Origin: an uncultured virus (IMG/VR IMGVR_UViG_3300033141_004351)
Lineage: Duplodnaviria > Heunggongvirae > Uroviricota > Caudoviricetes
IMG/VR virus record: IMGVR_UViG_3300033141_004351
Reading direction: 5' to 3' (one strand)
DNA: 64,000 nt
In this document: positions 20,801 to 28,562 of the stretch, one piece after another
Numbering within the stretch: the stretch's first letter is position 1
Layout of the letters: each line of letters opens with the position of its first letter
The notes under the pieces: model-generated
What the model was told of the DNA's origin: nothing
What the model saw: the letters and a program-made list of their open reading frames with translations, nothing else
Database searches by the model: none
Made by a program: the position numbers and the translations under genes

Positions 20801-23289
20801 GAAAGGTTGTTGGTACTGCCAATAGTTATGATGATGGTTGGGCTGAAGCGACACGGCTGGAAGTAGCCAAATTGGCCGAGCTGGGATACTCTGAATTGGC
20901 TCAGGATTGGGTCCAGGGCACCAGAGAAATGTCTCATAATGTTTTTAACATTTTGCGTGGAGCGATCAACGATCTAACTAAACGATACGCTGCTAAGGGA
21001 ATGAGTCTTCCCAGTGTTGCCACCTGGGTAGATGGCGCACGGGTGGAAGTAGACCTGAAGGTAGCACTGGCTAAAATGGGTAATATGCGTGGATACTTTA
21101 TGCCACGAATCCGCAAGCCCGGACGTTTCAGCATGTATGCAAAACCCAAGAAGGGTTATGAGAACAAACTCCATCCAATCCTTAAGCATTTTGAGTCAGA
21201 GCTTTTCGCTGCTGAAGAAGCCAGCAGGAAAAAGTATGATAATTATATTGTTGATATTGAGAAGATTAATAAGATGCCGGAAGATATTTTTAAAATAGCC
21301 GGACAGGTCGTGGCGTTTCAGGAGATAATGAACAAGGCGCTGGAGCAGGTCTCTGGTGAGATGAAGAAGGGCGTAGCCGCCGACGTTATGGCAGAGCTGG
21401 AAAAGGCACAGTTGGAGATGGGTAAGCAGCTGGCTGAAGGTGTGGCTAATCTCTTTAAGGGTCGTGGTGTTAGAACGCATATGATTATGCGAAATGATGC
21501 TGTCGGTGTTGGGGTGTGGAAGGGTTATGAAGAAGATTCAGTACAACGCATGGCTAAATATGTGAGGGGCGTAGCTGCCGGTGAAGCTAAAAAGAAAATG
21601 ATGCTGGACATGCTGCGACACATGACCGGTACCGATATTTCATGGCAGGAATATCAAGCCGAACATACCAAGGCGGGTCTGGATACCACCTATAAGGATT
21701 ATCTGGAATTTGTTAAAAATCGGCGTATTGATCCTGTTAAACAGCGAAACATTTTTCACGATGCTTTAACCTATATGGAAGATATGGGTCGAAACGACGA
21801 AGCTGTGGACAGAATAATTGGTACGGTCAAGGGCCTGGCTGTGTTGAAATTTCTGGCCGGTCGGCCAGCAGCTGTAGCGGTCAACCTTACCAACCTTGGT
21901 ATGGCTGTACCAGCAACAATGCGAGCTTTTGCCAACATCCCTATGCGAAAGACCCCTGGATTTTTAGTTGATGCCATGAAGGGATACCTGGAATACTATC
22001 GTGCAGGAAGATCTGATAGAGATCCAAACATCCCAGGATGGATGAATGATCTGTTTGAAGAAATCGAGGATAGCGGGTGGCATGCTGCCCAGTACAACAA
22101 AGAAGCCTTATCGTTACTTAAATCTAAGGTCGGCAATGGTTATGATACCATGCTTGAGGTTTTAATGATGGGTTTTGGTGTTTCTGAGCAGATAAATCGT
22201 ATGGCTACTATAGCAGGGTCTTATATCGGACAACGTAAAATAAACCAAAAAAAATGGGATAGCGCCGGTGCCGAACAAAAGAAAGTGTTGCACAAAGAAT
22301 GGATGGCAAATTCCAAAAAGGCTTCTGATATGGCTCATGGGGTTTATTCTAAGGCAAACCGACCACATTATGCCAGGGGTGCCAATCCGTTGGCACGGAC
22401 GGCGCAAATGTTTTATGTATTTAAAACATTCAGCCATAACTATTTGCAGACGATGTATGATTTAGGTTTTAAAACAAAAGATAGGACTGCTTTACTCTAT
22501 ATGGCATTAGCCCCAGCTGTTATTGGTGGGGCAACATCATCTTTATTAATCAAGGCTGTGATCGAAGCCTTTGGATTGCTACCGGGTGCTCCGGATGAAC
22601 CGGAAGAAGCTATGTATGAATGGCTGGAAGCCAACTGGGGCGAAACAACGGAACAGATCGTCCGGTTGGGTGCTTTTGGTTTGGGTGGTCATGGTGTATC
22701 GTTGAAGGGATCTTTGGATATTTCAATCTTTGATGTCCCCACCACCTTGAAAGATTTGATGGGAGCACCTGGGTCTCTGGTATCTGACGTAGTGGTCGGT
22801 GGGAAGTCGATCCTGCGCGGTGATTTTGCAAAGGGAATTGAGCGCATATCACCCAATTTTATCGGGTCTGGGATCAAAGCTTACCGTGAATCTACTCAGG
22901 GTGTGACAACAAGCTCCAATGCGCCACTGTTTTATGGACGTGAGGTGGTTAAATTGGATGGGATGGAGACCATAATAAGAGGTCTTACTTTTAATCCTGC
23001 CAGGATAGCTAAGATTCGTGAACGCCAGTGGAAAGAACGCAAGGTCGAACAAAACATGGCTGATTTACGGCATGACATTTATGCCAGGATTAAAGCCTTT
23101 TACAATCGACCCAAAGAGAAGCGATCAAAGTCTCGTTATATGGATATTTTAGAGGAAATTCGAGTTTATAACGTCTTAGTTCAGCGATCCGGAAAACCCT
23201 TCCCGGTTATCACGCACAAGTCTATCAAGAATAATCTGAGGCGTGCCTTTAGGCCATCCAGACGTGAACGGTTAAGGAGGACGTATTAA
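14881..23289 (+). CDS. Giant polyvalent ejection protein: GHKL ATPase, HEFTH zincin, SAP-like repeats, HESYH metallopeptidase, ADP-ribosyltransferase-like domain, helical C-terminal region
   Basis: 2802 aa; REGLQNSLDA (15538), DNGVGMS (15745), GRFGGFGIAK, GTSIRV; HEFTH 16945-16959; HESYH 19006-19020; YHGS (19372)...GEGAQAFGWGLYFT...GIDGIKF...NYTVFD. Confidence 0.85.
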   Translation: MATLAYCLKKMGKRFDPGTAKRLRDLTDDYKDMDMAKGEAEIQAVQDVLDTLDKEYDSIIDQLHGQMKDQILKIDTTPGRWFNFEFVRNNLPKLKARITELQKMFWDSKTFAKSDVYDGTYPIPVEGGIIAARRTKKYAKDPKYKRKVEGAIKGIQENLIGANHTRMVLMGNPDPAGQFGVSYSIEKVSAGYGVNVARAWNNEAKSKYPYTSNLGNVSVREGLQNSLDAVLESLETGEIKKGTIDIRTYLSSGHESSDEDYPVRGRKLDDKRIAKAGKDYYHNSFEIIDNGVGMSDTDIRDKFLALHGTGKDKVGRFGGFGIAKAVILGPHESSTWVLETRDNQHDGVRAQNADQVGTLSKPRQGTSIRVEAESQIIDNDSKRYVETTELPKNVSVSLNNAKIKNPFGGKKFKEFTDVVNKGDHQSELSMKYYPKAPSGYNQKMIIRLVDKQTGAKLTQGITNIYNEGFPGALIIDVATSQTPGGNYYPLTDSRMELKWDGKQLAEKIVAKFAVDPLSAKRTTVEFTWQNLKDRGEWKKTIEKTKTDKGYNDLIKTVTGIWNESQKPIEKLTIEEQLRRPYLNQTIPYTPIEQLNQKVDTGVKGYKGGSMFHAKHILAFETVARMYAGAAGGKLEKFYPMLSVVIDGGAVEGEYNAGLGEMGMNPLSLDKDAAKSPLHYATYLKGLIDHEFTHAFQGAHDEKFAVAREAMHKKTAHLFPQTLRIAEAVLQVPDKELTRESVVEKEKIKEIVKEIMVPVETILTEYKPLPMRQGKLFDAQTLINEPTGDTPNDIKLYYPSRAKGLPRQLRLFNQRVVGRSPGRVSPAEREGGRGSDQLPTPQEIIEAGKRDGAFDRADFTGAEAAVTREAHTDALRILTNGIEYQYWGIPKGSTPYKVLSGDLDISTMKPEQFTVNELRGMARLVSTSETGTKAELLERVINNLNVADSLDSFASTDRPVLEMDNKYKLADLQLFASFLGVNPVGKKLEVADRVWRKYIQDRYHTIKGYIQFHEDTKKEIPKDVAETWIETQDLYHKAWGDALTVKLPEVAVSLNPNFERGGLVSTGELFDALKQADPKLDKRRFDRMIKDRLRQDFLLYKTQNPEGLPEVERAALVKIDGVYYGQVGKKGVSTVDVADLVSKIDSPQMIKALRQTGFDITRQRDLGTQLGILGIEYPSIKKALKSASDKLSNLSKQAAAESDTDLQMMLMETETTLATASDFMAAFAGEKNGMSKLADQYRDQTAPIKNESIIRQVFYNEMPVRISGPIEQYMATRQAKEAYAKRYMRDQGVTLDDIKRLFKGTNVIKKADGSVAVTTPNGQQLIIKSVDSVDVNNANFYVNMGRVPVKGETAIGKYADGKIELHKDLADNWVLAHESYHWLEDVGFITSKESDILRDHIQELHANNMWESRNIKDVGGAEDRANYISWSINNRAKQTGIIEKIIQKIKDLINGFVGIFKLTPQSIVRDIETGKIYQGPKQKPFARKFLAPQYQTTAYHGSPSFFKRFRTRFIGSGEGAQAFGWGLYFTDEKSIAKDYADRLGADEWIDLSWKAAGGTVAIWESRQPTSYSPTMFKTEMMKKARDDSHANTLAITKATLVEDLMIEDYAMHAAYHNTGEAGVVAAIQDVVDNLIAGYELDRQSAEGKDRQDGQDSIDYLRAIRPDSISQLTMKRPKTKAVYKVTLHKGKDPSEYDWLDWDKALSKEILGKIINQSEKKDIAQYRMKTFGRLKHWFDKDLDSYDYTNLGVGQNAYEEISTALGGDKEASLFLLRAGIDGIKFPSGTLSGIKDSPHFNYTVFDESAVDIEAVEQYTTATPQDEEFMREHGNSAAAENVSRSLRDYAMTSWGKIGRWMLKKREIGIGELEDTTAWERLLFTPIHYFGKVPAAGAMVEDGTNRSDNYFKGLNFIEKDSNKKSRLQIGKKLKKTNKKEYRAINKYLDDNDMNKYGYTVKMKEGIEESVGKTFEIKDPDGKVVGTANSYDDGWAEATRLEVAKLAELGYSELAQDWVQGTREMSHNVFNILRGAINDLTKRYAAKGMSLPSVATWVDGARVEVDLKVALAKMGNMRGYFMPRIRKPGRFSMYAKPKKGYENKLHPILKHFESELFAAEEASRKKYDNYIVDIEKINKMPEDIFKIAGQVVAFQEIMNKALEQVSGEMKKGVAADVMAELEKAQLEMGKQLAEGVANLFKGRGVRTHMIMRNDAVGVGVWKGYEEDSVQRMAKYVRGVAAGEAKKKMMLDMLRHMTGTDISWQEYQAEHTKAGLDTTYKDYLEFVKNRRIDPVKQRNIFHDALTYMEDMGRNDEAVDRIIGTVKGLAVLKFLAGRPAAVAVNLTNLGMAVPATMRAFANIPMRKTPGFLVDAMKGYLEYYRAGRSDRDPNIPGWMNDLFEEIEDSGWHAAQYNKEALSLLKSKVGNGYDTMLEVLMMGFGVSEQINRMATIAGSYIGQRKINQKKWDSAGAEQKKVLHKEWMANSKKASDMAHGVYSKANRPHYARGANPLARTAQMFYVFKTFSHNYLQTMYDLGFKTKDRTALLYMALAPAVIGGATSSLLIKAVIEAFGLLPGAPDEPEEAMYEWLEANWGETTEQIVRLGAFGLGGHGVSLKGSLDISIFDVPTTLKDLMGAPGSLVSDVVVGGKSILRGDFAKGIERISPNFIGSGIKAYRESTQGVTTSSNAPLFYGREVVKLDGMETIIRGLTFNPARIAKIRERQWKERKVEQNMADLRHDIYARIKAFYNRPKEKRSKSRYMDILEEIRVYNVLVQRSGKPFPVITHKSIKNNLRRAFRPSRRERLRRTY
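17252..17476 (+). CDS. Candidate overprinted gene nested in another frame of the giant gene
   Basis: AGGAG at 17238-17242, 9 nt before ATG; 74 aa, helical-looking; the host frame here is R/G/S/P-rich linker-like sequence. Confidence 0.45.
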   Translation: MTSNSITPAALKDSQGSLGYSTNEWLDAALDELVRQNVREAGAAINSPLHKRLSKLAKETAHLTVQILQGPKQQ

Positions 23290-23317
23290 TTATTCATAAT
23301 AATAATGGAGGTGCATC

Positions 23318-23551
23318 ATGTCAGCGACAAAAAGACCAGATTTTTATACTACCTTATCGGTAACGATAAAGGGAAAAACTCATTCAAGAACTTTTGATTT
23401 AACTCCAGGAAGTCTTAGGGGAAAACCATTAACCGAAAAAGAATATAATGAGTGTGTGAAACCCTTAATGTTACTCATGACAATAGTGTTGAGGGAACAC
23501 GGAAAGCTTATTGAGACTTCTCAATTTAAAGAAGCATACAAACAAGGATAG
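23318..23551 (+). CDS. Hypothetical protein
   Basis: 77 aa; GGAGG RBS. Confidence 0.65.
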   Translation: MSATKRPDFYTTLSVTIKGKTHSRTFDLTPGSLRGKPLTEKEYNECVKPLMLLMTIVLREHGKLIETSQFKEAYKQG

Positions 23552-23555
23552 ACCA

Positions 23556-23984
23556 ATGATGACAGAAGATGAAAAACGAAGCGTTATGATTCAAGTGGCT
23601 ATGAGCTATCATGGTACTTTTTATTCCTGGGGTGGCGACGATCCTGACAGTTTTGATTGCAGCGGCCTGCTCGTCGAATGTGGAAAATCTATCGGGGTTT
23701 TGCCAAGGAGGGGTGATTGGCCGGCAAGAGGGCTTTATGCCCGGTGGATAGGTAATGAAGTAACCATTCCGAAAGCTGGAGATGTTGTGTTCTGGGAAAA
23801 CAAAACCAAAAACGATATCGTTCATGTCGAGATTATTCTAAACAGTGAACTTTCAATCGGTGCGTCTGGTGGTGGAAGCAGAACAAAAACAAGGCAGGAT
23901 GCTATCAGGGATAACGCTTTTATTAAAATAAGGCCATTTAAAACCCGGCCCTATATAAAAGGGTTTTTTAATCCATATATTTAA
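23556..23984 (+). CDS. NlpC/P60 cell-wall peptidase (probable endolysin)
   Basis: YSWGGDDPDSFDCSGLL catalytic Cys motif, GDVVFW, HV; next to a holin-like gene. Confidence 0.85.
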   Translation: MMTEDEKRSVMIQVAMSYHGTFYSWGGDDPDSFDCSGLLVECGKSIGVLPRRGDWPARGLYARWIGNEVTIPKAGDVVFWENKTKNDIVHVEIILNSELSIGASGGGSRTKTRQDAIRDNAFIKIRPFKTRPYIKGFFNPYI

Positions 23985-24002
23985 TAAAAAAGGAGAGGAA
24001 AT

Positions 24003-24458
24003 ATGAGTTGGCTTACAGCGATAAAAAATTTTGCATTGGGTGCCCCACAAATTACAACGGATATATTCGATAAGAATGATGGGCTGCTTGTAAAGGTCGG
24101 AGGGTTTTTCAACGGTCTTCATCTTTCTGAATCTGAAAAGTTAGAACATAATATTAAGATGGGACAAGGTGTTACAGAATTTGTAAAGGCTACCCTTGGA
24201 GAGAATACAGAAAAAAGCAAGGCAAGAAGGGAGCTTGCTGTATTGTGGATAAAGGTTCAGCTGCATTTAGTGTTGATAAACGTTATCTGTGTTCCCTTAG
24301 CTGTGCTGTTTCCTGAGCAAGGCAAGCCTATGTTTGACATGATGCTTCAGATTACACTTAGTTGGTTAATGGTGGGTGGCACGGTTTCTGTCATGGCGTA
24401 TTTCTTTGGCACATATGGTTGGGGTACCTATGTCAGCGGAAAGAAAAAAAAATCATGA
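24003..24458 (+). CDS. Putative holin
   Basis: Two hydrophobic helices, basic C-terminus (GKKKS), follows the endolysin; AGGAG RBS. Confidence 0.65.
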   Translation: MSWLTAIKNFALGAPQITTDIFDKNDGLLVKVGGFFNGLHLSESEKLEHNIKMGQGVTEFVKATLGENTEKSKARRELAVLWIKVQLHLVLINVICVPLAVLFPEQGKPMFDMMLQITLSWLMVGGTVSVMAYFFGTYGWGTYVSGKKKKS

Positions 24459-24465
24459 CAACTGG

Positions 24466-24657
24466 TTATACCATGTCTCGCAAACTGGTAATCGATACGA
24501 TACAACATTCGCTATACTCTTTTTCATCTCCCTTATAATATGTTTGCCACCATGCACACTGGTCTTCACAACACGGATAAGGACCCTCTGGGTTTGGTAA
24601 TGTCATTGGGCAAATCTTTTCAACCGGTTCGTTGTCAGGTGAGTCTTTAATGCTCAT
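24466..24657 (-). CDS. Small Cys-rich protein (paralogue of 34046-34246)
   Basis: ICPMTLPNPEGPYPCCEDQCAWWQTYY; AAGGA RBS. Confidence 0.75.
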   Translation of the reverse strand: MSIKDSPDNEPVEKICPMTLPNPEGPYPCCEDQCAWWQTYYKGDEKEYSECCIVSITSLRDMV

Positions 24658-24670
24658 TTTGTTTTATCCT

Positions 24671-24850
24671 TTAGTCTTGTTTTATAATTGATTTCACAAC
24701 ATTAGCCAACGCTGCTATGGCTGCTCCTTGATTTCCAAAATATTCAGCAACGGTCTTTCCATTGAAGGGTTGACCGTCAAACTTCTCTGCATCATTCTTC
24801 ATGTCTGCTGCTATCATTTCCAAAACTTTTATTTTGTCTTTATGTCCCAT
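24671..24850 (-). CDS. Hypothetical protein
   Basis: MGHKDKIKV..., start after GAGG. Confidence 0.65.
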   Translation of the reverse strand: MGHKDKIKVLEMIAADMKNDAEKFDGQPFNGKTVAEYFGNQGAAIAALANVVKSIIKQD

Positions 24851-24871
24851 TTTACTTTGCCTCTTAAAAAT

Positions 24872-24915
24872 ATAACGGGCGGATAGATGGAAAAGTCCGT
24901 CCACCCACCCGTTAT
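24872..24915 (-). other. 20-bp intergenic RNA hairpin
   Basis: Minus strand AUAACGGGUGGGUGGACGGA-CUUU-UCCAUCUAUCCGCCCGUUAU; one mismatch, three G-U pairs. Confidence 0.7.
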
Positions 24916-24922
24916 CTTTCGT

Positions 24923-25261
24923 TTATTCTTTTTTTATTTCCTCGTTTTTGTCCTTTGTTTCGGCCTGTACTGATTCCGGAGCTGGCTTTGGAGCTGGAAC
25001 TGAAGCTGGAGCTGGCTTTGGAGCTGGAACTGAAGCTGGAGCTGGCCCTGGTACTGGTACTGCTTGGCCTTGCTCACTACCCGGTTGTGGCTGATTCATT
25101 TGAATATCCACCTGTACCAACATGAGTGGAGCCGGGAGTACTGCGTTTTGTTCCTTGGCTACAAACAACCGGTCGGTCAGTCGCATAATGACAAGGTACG
25201 ATTTTCCGTTTTGTTGAACCACGGATCCAAAGGACAGTGTGTTAAGTAGATTGTTCAACAT
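24923..25261 (-). CDS. Hypothetical protein with Pro/Ala-rich tail
   Basis: Start MLNNLL after AAGGAG; PAPASVPAPK repeats. Confidence 0.7.
   Translation of the reverse strand: MLNNLLNTLSFGSVVQQNGKSYLVIMRLTDRLFVAKEQNAVLPAPLMLVQVDIQMNQPQPGSEQGQAVPVPGPAPASVPAPKPAPASVPAPKPAPESVQAETKDKNEEIKKE
24978..25046. repeat. 30-nt tandem repeat (about 2.3 copies)
   Basis: ggagctggctttggagctggaactgaagct twice plus ggagctggc. Confidence 0.9.
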
Positions 25262-25613
25262 CTTTTTTTCTCCTTTCGCTGTGCGTTTTAACCCAGGCTT
25301 CCATTTTTTCCCTGGACCCCCAGCATATTGCCGGGGTGTGGTTATAAAAATAATCTGCATAGGCTGCGATGTTATGGAAGTTTACATCGTCGGCTTTGGC
25401 AAAAGCCTCTTTAAGATCATTGCAGATAACAGCCTGGAGAAACCCACCAGGCTTAATTCCTTCGTTGACATAGAGGTCGATGCCGTCACCCATATAGTCT
25501 GGGATGTAATACGGACGACCCATAAGCGTTGCTTCATGTTTTGGCATTAGCATTATTCCTTTCGTTGCGTGCAACTTTTTGGTTTTGGCGTACAGTAATT
25601 TACTATGCTTCAA
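25242..25613 (-). CDS. Hypothetical phage protein
   Basis: GIKPGGFLQAVICNDL...AD...CWGS motif; start uncertain. Confidence 0.7.
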   Translation of the reverse strand: MKHSKLLYAKTKKLHATKGIMLMPKHEATLMGRPYYIPDYMGDGIDLYVNEGIKPGGFLQAVICNDLKEAFAKADDVNFHNIAAYADYFYNHTPAICWGSREKMEAWVKTHSERRKKDVEQST

Positions 25614-25878
25614 TATTGTTAGCTTCTAAAACCGCCGTCTCTAAATCCTTTGCAGCTTTGAAAAATTTGTCAACAAAAGAGTAAAGGTTCTTAAACTCGT
25701 AGGTATTTTGTAATTCCTTTATTTTTGTTATCGTTGTTGCGTAATCGATTGCTGGAATTTTCTGACCTATTTCTATCGTGCTTGGAGTTTTCCCGTTTAC
25801 CGAAGTTAAAATATTTTTGACCTCATGCAGGGTTGCCTTTATCAAAAAGCCATCTTGGGTTTTTGCTGTGATTTTCAT
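25603..25878 (-). CDS. Hypothetical protein
   Basis: 91 aa; AGGAG RBS. Confidence 0.7.
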   Translation of the reverse strand: MKITAKTQDGFLIKATLHEVKNILTSVNGKTPSTIEIGQKIPAIDYATTITKIKELQNTYEFKNLYSFVDKFFKAAKDLETAVLEANNIEA

Positions 25879-25899
25879 TTTTTTCTCCTTGTTAAAATT

Positions 25900-26214
25900 T
25901 CAACGGTCGCGTTCAGCCGCGCCGGTGCCGTCTTCGCTGGTGCCACAATTGCACAGGTGGCCCTTTAAATTATAGTTTCCACATTTAGGGCATCGCCATT
26001 GCATGGGACCAAGGCCCTGGGTTGGCTCGGTTCCTTTTTTGAACCGATCAGACTCGGGACAGGTTGACCAGTGAACGACCCGACCCTTAAATGTCACTCC
26101 ACCCATGGTGATGATCGTTACTTCTTCCGGATCTACCGGCATATTTTTCCCTTTGGATGTTTTAACCCAAACAATAGGTCGCCCACACCCTTTACACTTA
26201 GCCCGTTTATTCAT
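25900..26214 (-). CDS. Zinc-finger hypothetical protein
   Basis: CKGC...MPVDP...HWSTCP and CPKC...CNC; ATGA overlap start. Confidence 0.7.
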   Translation of the reverse strand: MNKRAKCKGCGRPIVWVKTSKGKNMPVDPEEVTIITMGGVTFKGRVVHWSTCPESDRFKKGTEPTQGLGPMQWRCPKCGNYNLKGHLCNCGTSEDGTGAAERDR

Positions 26215-26474
26215 TTCTTGTCTCCTTTTCTTCTTTCCTTCCATGCGTTCCACTCTAAGGCTCTTTTTTCGGACATATCATATTCAATCATGCCGCAATC
26301 ATCACACTTTGGGCAAGTATGTATTAGATAATATCCTGTTTCCCAATCACCGTCTTGTTCGGTTCCACATTCGGATAGACTACCACGCCAATCACACTCT
26401 TGACATATGGCAATGTCAGGACCTGGTTCTGGATCTTTCTCTGTTTCTTCGATAAGTTTTTGAAGATTAATCAC
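26211..26474 (-). CDS. Zinc-ribbon hypothetical protein
   Basis: CQECDWRG...CPKC. Confidence 0.65.
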   Translation of the reverse strand: MINLQKLIEETEKDPEPGPDIAICQECDWRGSLSECGTEQDGDWETGYYLIHTCPKCDDCGMIEYDMSEKRALEWNAWKERRKGDKK

Positions 26475-26502
26475 TGTTGAGATCTCTATTCATTTTGATT
26501 CC

Positions 26503-26658
26503 TCAAACTTTTTTTAGTAGTATGCGGATTAACTCCGCCCGAAGGGTTAGAATCTCACGGATCGCTTCCCTTAAAGTGCTGGCAACATAATAATGGCTTT
26601 TTTCAGTTTCCGTCTGTTTCAGCAGGTCTTCCATTTTCGCTATCAGGTCCATTACCAT
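26503..26658 (-). CDS. Small hypothetical protein (51 aa, not in the track)
   Basis: AAGGA RBS; MVMDLIAKMEDLLKQTETEKSHYYVASTLREAIREILTLRAELIRILLKKV. Confidence 0.6.
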   Translation of the reverse strand: MVMDLIAKMEDLLKQTETEKSHYYVASTLREAIREILTLRAELIRILLKKV

Positions 26659-26689
26659 TATCCTTTTTAAATTTCGTTTTTTGTTTATT

Positions 26690-26751
26690 AAGGTGCCTTC
26701 ATCCTGTTAATCTATCCGGGATTATTCTTTGATGCGGGTCAAAGACCAGGA
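26690..26751. repeat. 62-bp exact direct repeat, copy 1 (copy 2 at 32226-32287)
   Basis: aaggtgccttcatcctgttaatctatccgggattattctttgatgcgggtcaaagaccagga. Confidence 0.95.
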
Positions 26752-26874
26752 GGTTTTGCTTGCCCGATCACCTTTAATTTCATCGTATTTATTGTTGATT
26801 TCTCCCCACAGGAAAAGAACAATAAGGGTTGCCATGCTGCCAATTAATATCCCAAGCAATAAAACTGGTATCAT
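26722..26874 (-). CDS. Small single-pass membrane peptide, copy A (50 aa)
   Basis: MIPVLLLGILIGSMATLIVLFLWGEINNKYDEIKGDRASKTSWSLTRIKE; AAGGA RBS; paralogue at 32258-32413. Confidence 0.75.
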   Translation of the reverse strand: MIPVLLLGILIGSMATLIVLFLWGEINNKYDEIKGDRASKTSWSLTRIKE

Positions 26875-26989
26875 TATGTGCCGTCCTTTTTGTGTTGCCG
26901 CGCCGAACCCTCTTACCTGGTGGCTATGATGGTGCGACCATCAAATGGGTGTCGAACCCAAGACGCGGCAGTTATGTGCCGTCCTTTTT
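26874..26989. other. 80-nt multi-stem element flanked by an 18-bp direct repeat
   Basis: ttatgtgccgtccttttt at 26874-26891 and 26972-26989; tgccgcg/cgcggca closing stem; internal hairpins tgatggt/accatca and tgggt/accca. Confidence 0.7.
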
Positions 26990-27319
26990 CGGGGGTATAA
27001 TCCCCGGCCTATCCAACAGGTCCCTTGCGACCTGATCGTCGTCAGATTTCGCTCTGAGAGAGTCTAACGAGGTAAATATGTCCTGTTTGAGGCTGGCAAT
27101 TTGGTCTACCATAAGCTCAAGGGTTCTTGCCGAATTAATCTCCATGTCAATTAATCGACTATACACCTGTTGTAAATTATTAAAATGGCCTCTGGCATAA
27201 AAACCCAGTTTGCCCTTTTTGTTAACCTTCTTTTCAAACAGGGTGATTGCCAGCTGGTCTCCCTGGAAAGCCCAGTTGTCATTAATATGAATAAACTTTT
27301 CGTCTTCGTTTTGTTTCAT
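26972..27319 (-). CDS. Hypothetical protein
   Basis: 115 aa; ATGA overlap with the upstream gene. Confidence 0.7.
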   Translation of the reverse strand: MKQNEDEKFIHINDNWAFQGDQLAITLFEKKVNKKGKLGFYARGHFNNLQQVYSRLIDMEINSARTLELMVDQIASLKQDIFTSLDSLRAKSDDDQVARDLLDRPGIIPPKKDGT

Positions 27320-27561
27320 TGCTTGAGCCTTCGGCGGATCAAGTGCAGCGTATCTGACAACAGTTTACTTTTTTCTTCCAGCAAGTCCAGCCTTTCGGTA
27401 TGATGCCTTTGAACAATCGCATCCAGTTCTGTTCCAATAAAGATAAAAAATAAACAAATAGCTATGATATTAAAACTGCCGCCAACTACAAGCCAGCATA
27501 TAGCCACAAAAACAATAGACCTGCCAAGGACAGCCCAGTTTCTTTTTAAAAATTGTTTCAT
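27316..27561 (-). CDS. Membrane protein (two transmembrane helices)
   Basis: 81 aa with two hydrophobic segments; AGGAG upstream. Confidence 0.65.
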   Translation of the reverse strand: MKQFLKRNWAVLGRSIVFVAICWLVVGGSFNIIAICLFFIFIGTELDAIVQRHHTERLDLLEEKSKLLSDTLHLIRRRLKQ

Positions 27562-27653
27562 AAGTTTACAACGCTCCTGTGTGCCTGATATCTATCCAAA
27601 CTTGTTTTGGGAAAACGCAAATTGGTTCAAATTTACAAAAAGCGTTTACCCGT

Positions 27654-28562
27654 TTAGGTTGCTCCTTTTCTCATAGTCCTAACAGCTTTCGCAGCGGCCA
27701 CTTTCATCCGTGCGCTTTTCGGGTTTATATTTATGTCCAATTTTTTGAAAACACGGGGTATGAATGTTTTGCTATCAGAATGATTATTTACTTTTTGGAA
27801 AAAGTTTTTGTTTACTTCAAAAACACAGGCATCCATAACATTTCGCCCGTTGCTGCTTTTATAAGAATAAAAAGATGGCCCAGCTTTTTTAATAAATCTG
27901 ATAAGATGGTCGATAGAGGCTCTATTTTCCCCTTTAGAATATTTCGATCCCTTGTTTTTCCCAAAAACCCGTGCGGAGTCTGCAAGGTTTATATAAACCC
28001 AAAGAAGCCCACAGATAAAAATTCTTTGGCCCCGATGCTTGCCTCTCTGTTTTTTTTTGGAAAGAGATTTCTTAAGAACGTATGATCCTAAAGTGTCTTT
28101 GCGACCGACGGTTTCGGCTATTTCTCTCAGCCCTATATCCCTGCCTCTAAGCAAATTAATAGCAACAATACATCCGCTGGAAACGCTGTGGCAAAGATAA
28201 GCCATATATAAAAAAGCTATAATATCATCGGTTATTCCACAGGTAAAATCGGCATTTATAAAGTCTATTTCATTTCTGCCCTTCCAGTCATTAATGACAG
28301 ATGTTAGGTCGCTGTGTATGACATTAACGCCATTTTTGCGTAATATTTTTACAGATTTAAGGTCCCTTTCAACTGCCAATAAATTGTGATCCGAAAACCC
28401 CTTTTTTATTGCAACCGGTCGGTCTAAATCTTGGGCCGCAGCAAAATATAAGCCCAGCGAATCCTTTATTGGTTTATGTGTCTTTTCCCTAATTCTGTTC
28501 CAGGTCCAAACACGCCATTTTTCTTTTTCGTTAAAATCGTAATTGTTTAGGCCAACAGACAT
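27654..28562 (-). CDS. Putative class I SAM-dependent methyltransferase-like protein
   Basis: LLAVERD, VIHSDL and IDFINADFTCG strands match the Rossmann MTase order; the glycine-rich motif I is degenerate. Confidence 0.45.
   Translation of the reverse strand: MSVGLNNYDFNEKEKWRVWTWNRIREKTHKPIKDSLGLYFAAAQDLDRPVAIKKGFSDHNLLAVERDLKSVKILRKNGVNVIHSDLTSVINDWKGRNEIDFINADFTCGITDDIIAFLYMAYLCHSVSSGCIVAINLLRGRDIGLREIAETVGRKDTLGSYVLKKSLSKKKQRGKHRGQRIFICGLLWVYINLADSARVFGKNKGSKYSKGENRASIDHLIRFIKKAGPSFYSYKSSNGRNVMDACVFEVNKNFFQKVNNHSDSKTFIPRVFKKLDININPKSARMKVAAAKAVRTMRKGAT

Noticed and set aside
26729..26929. Plus-strand ORFs MMRVKDQE (also 32265-32447)
   Set aside because: Shadows of the duplicated minus-strand peptide genes; no RBS and opposite to the operon direction
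26892..26971. tRNA gene
   Set aside because: Arm order and loop sizes do not fit a cloverleaf (3-nt loop on the would-be anticodon arm, no D-arm consensus, no CCA)
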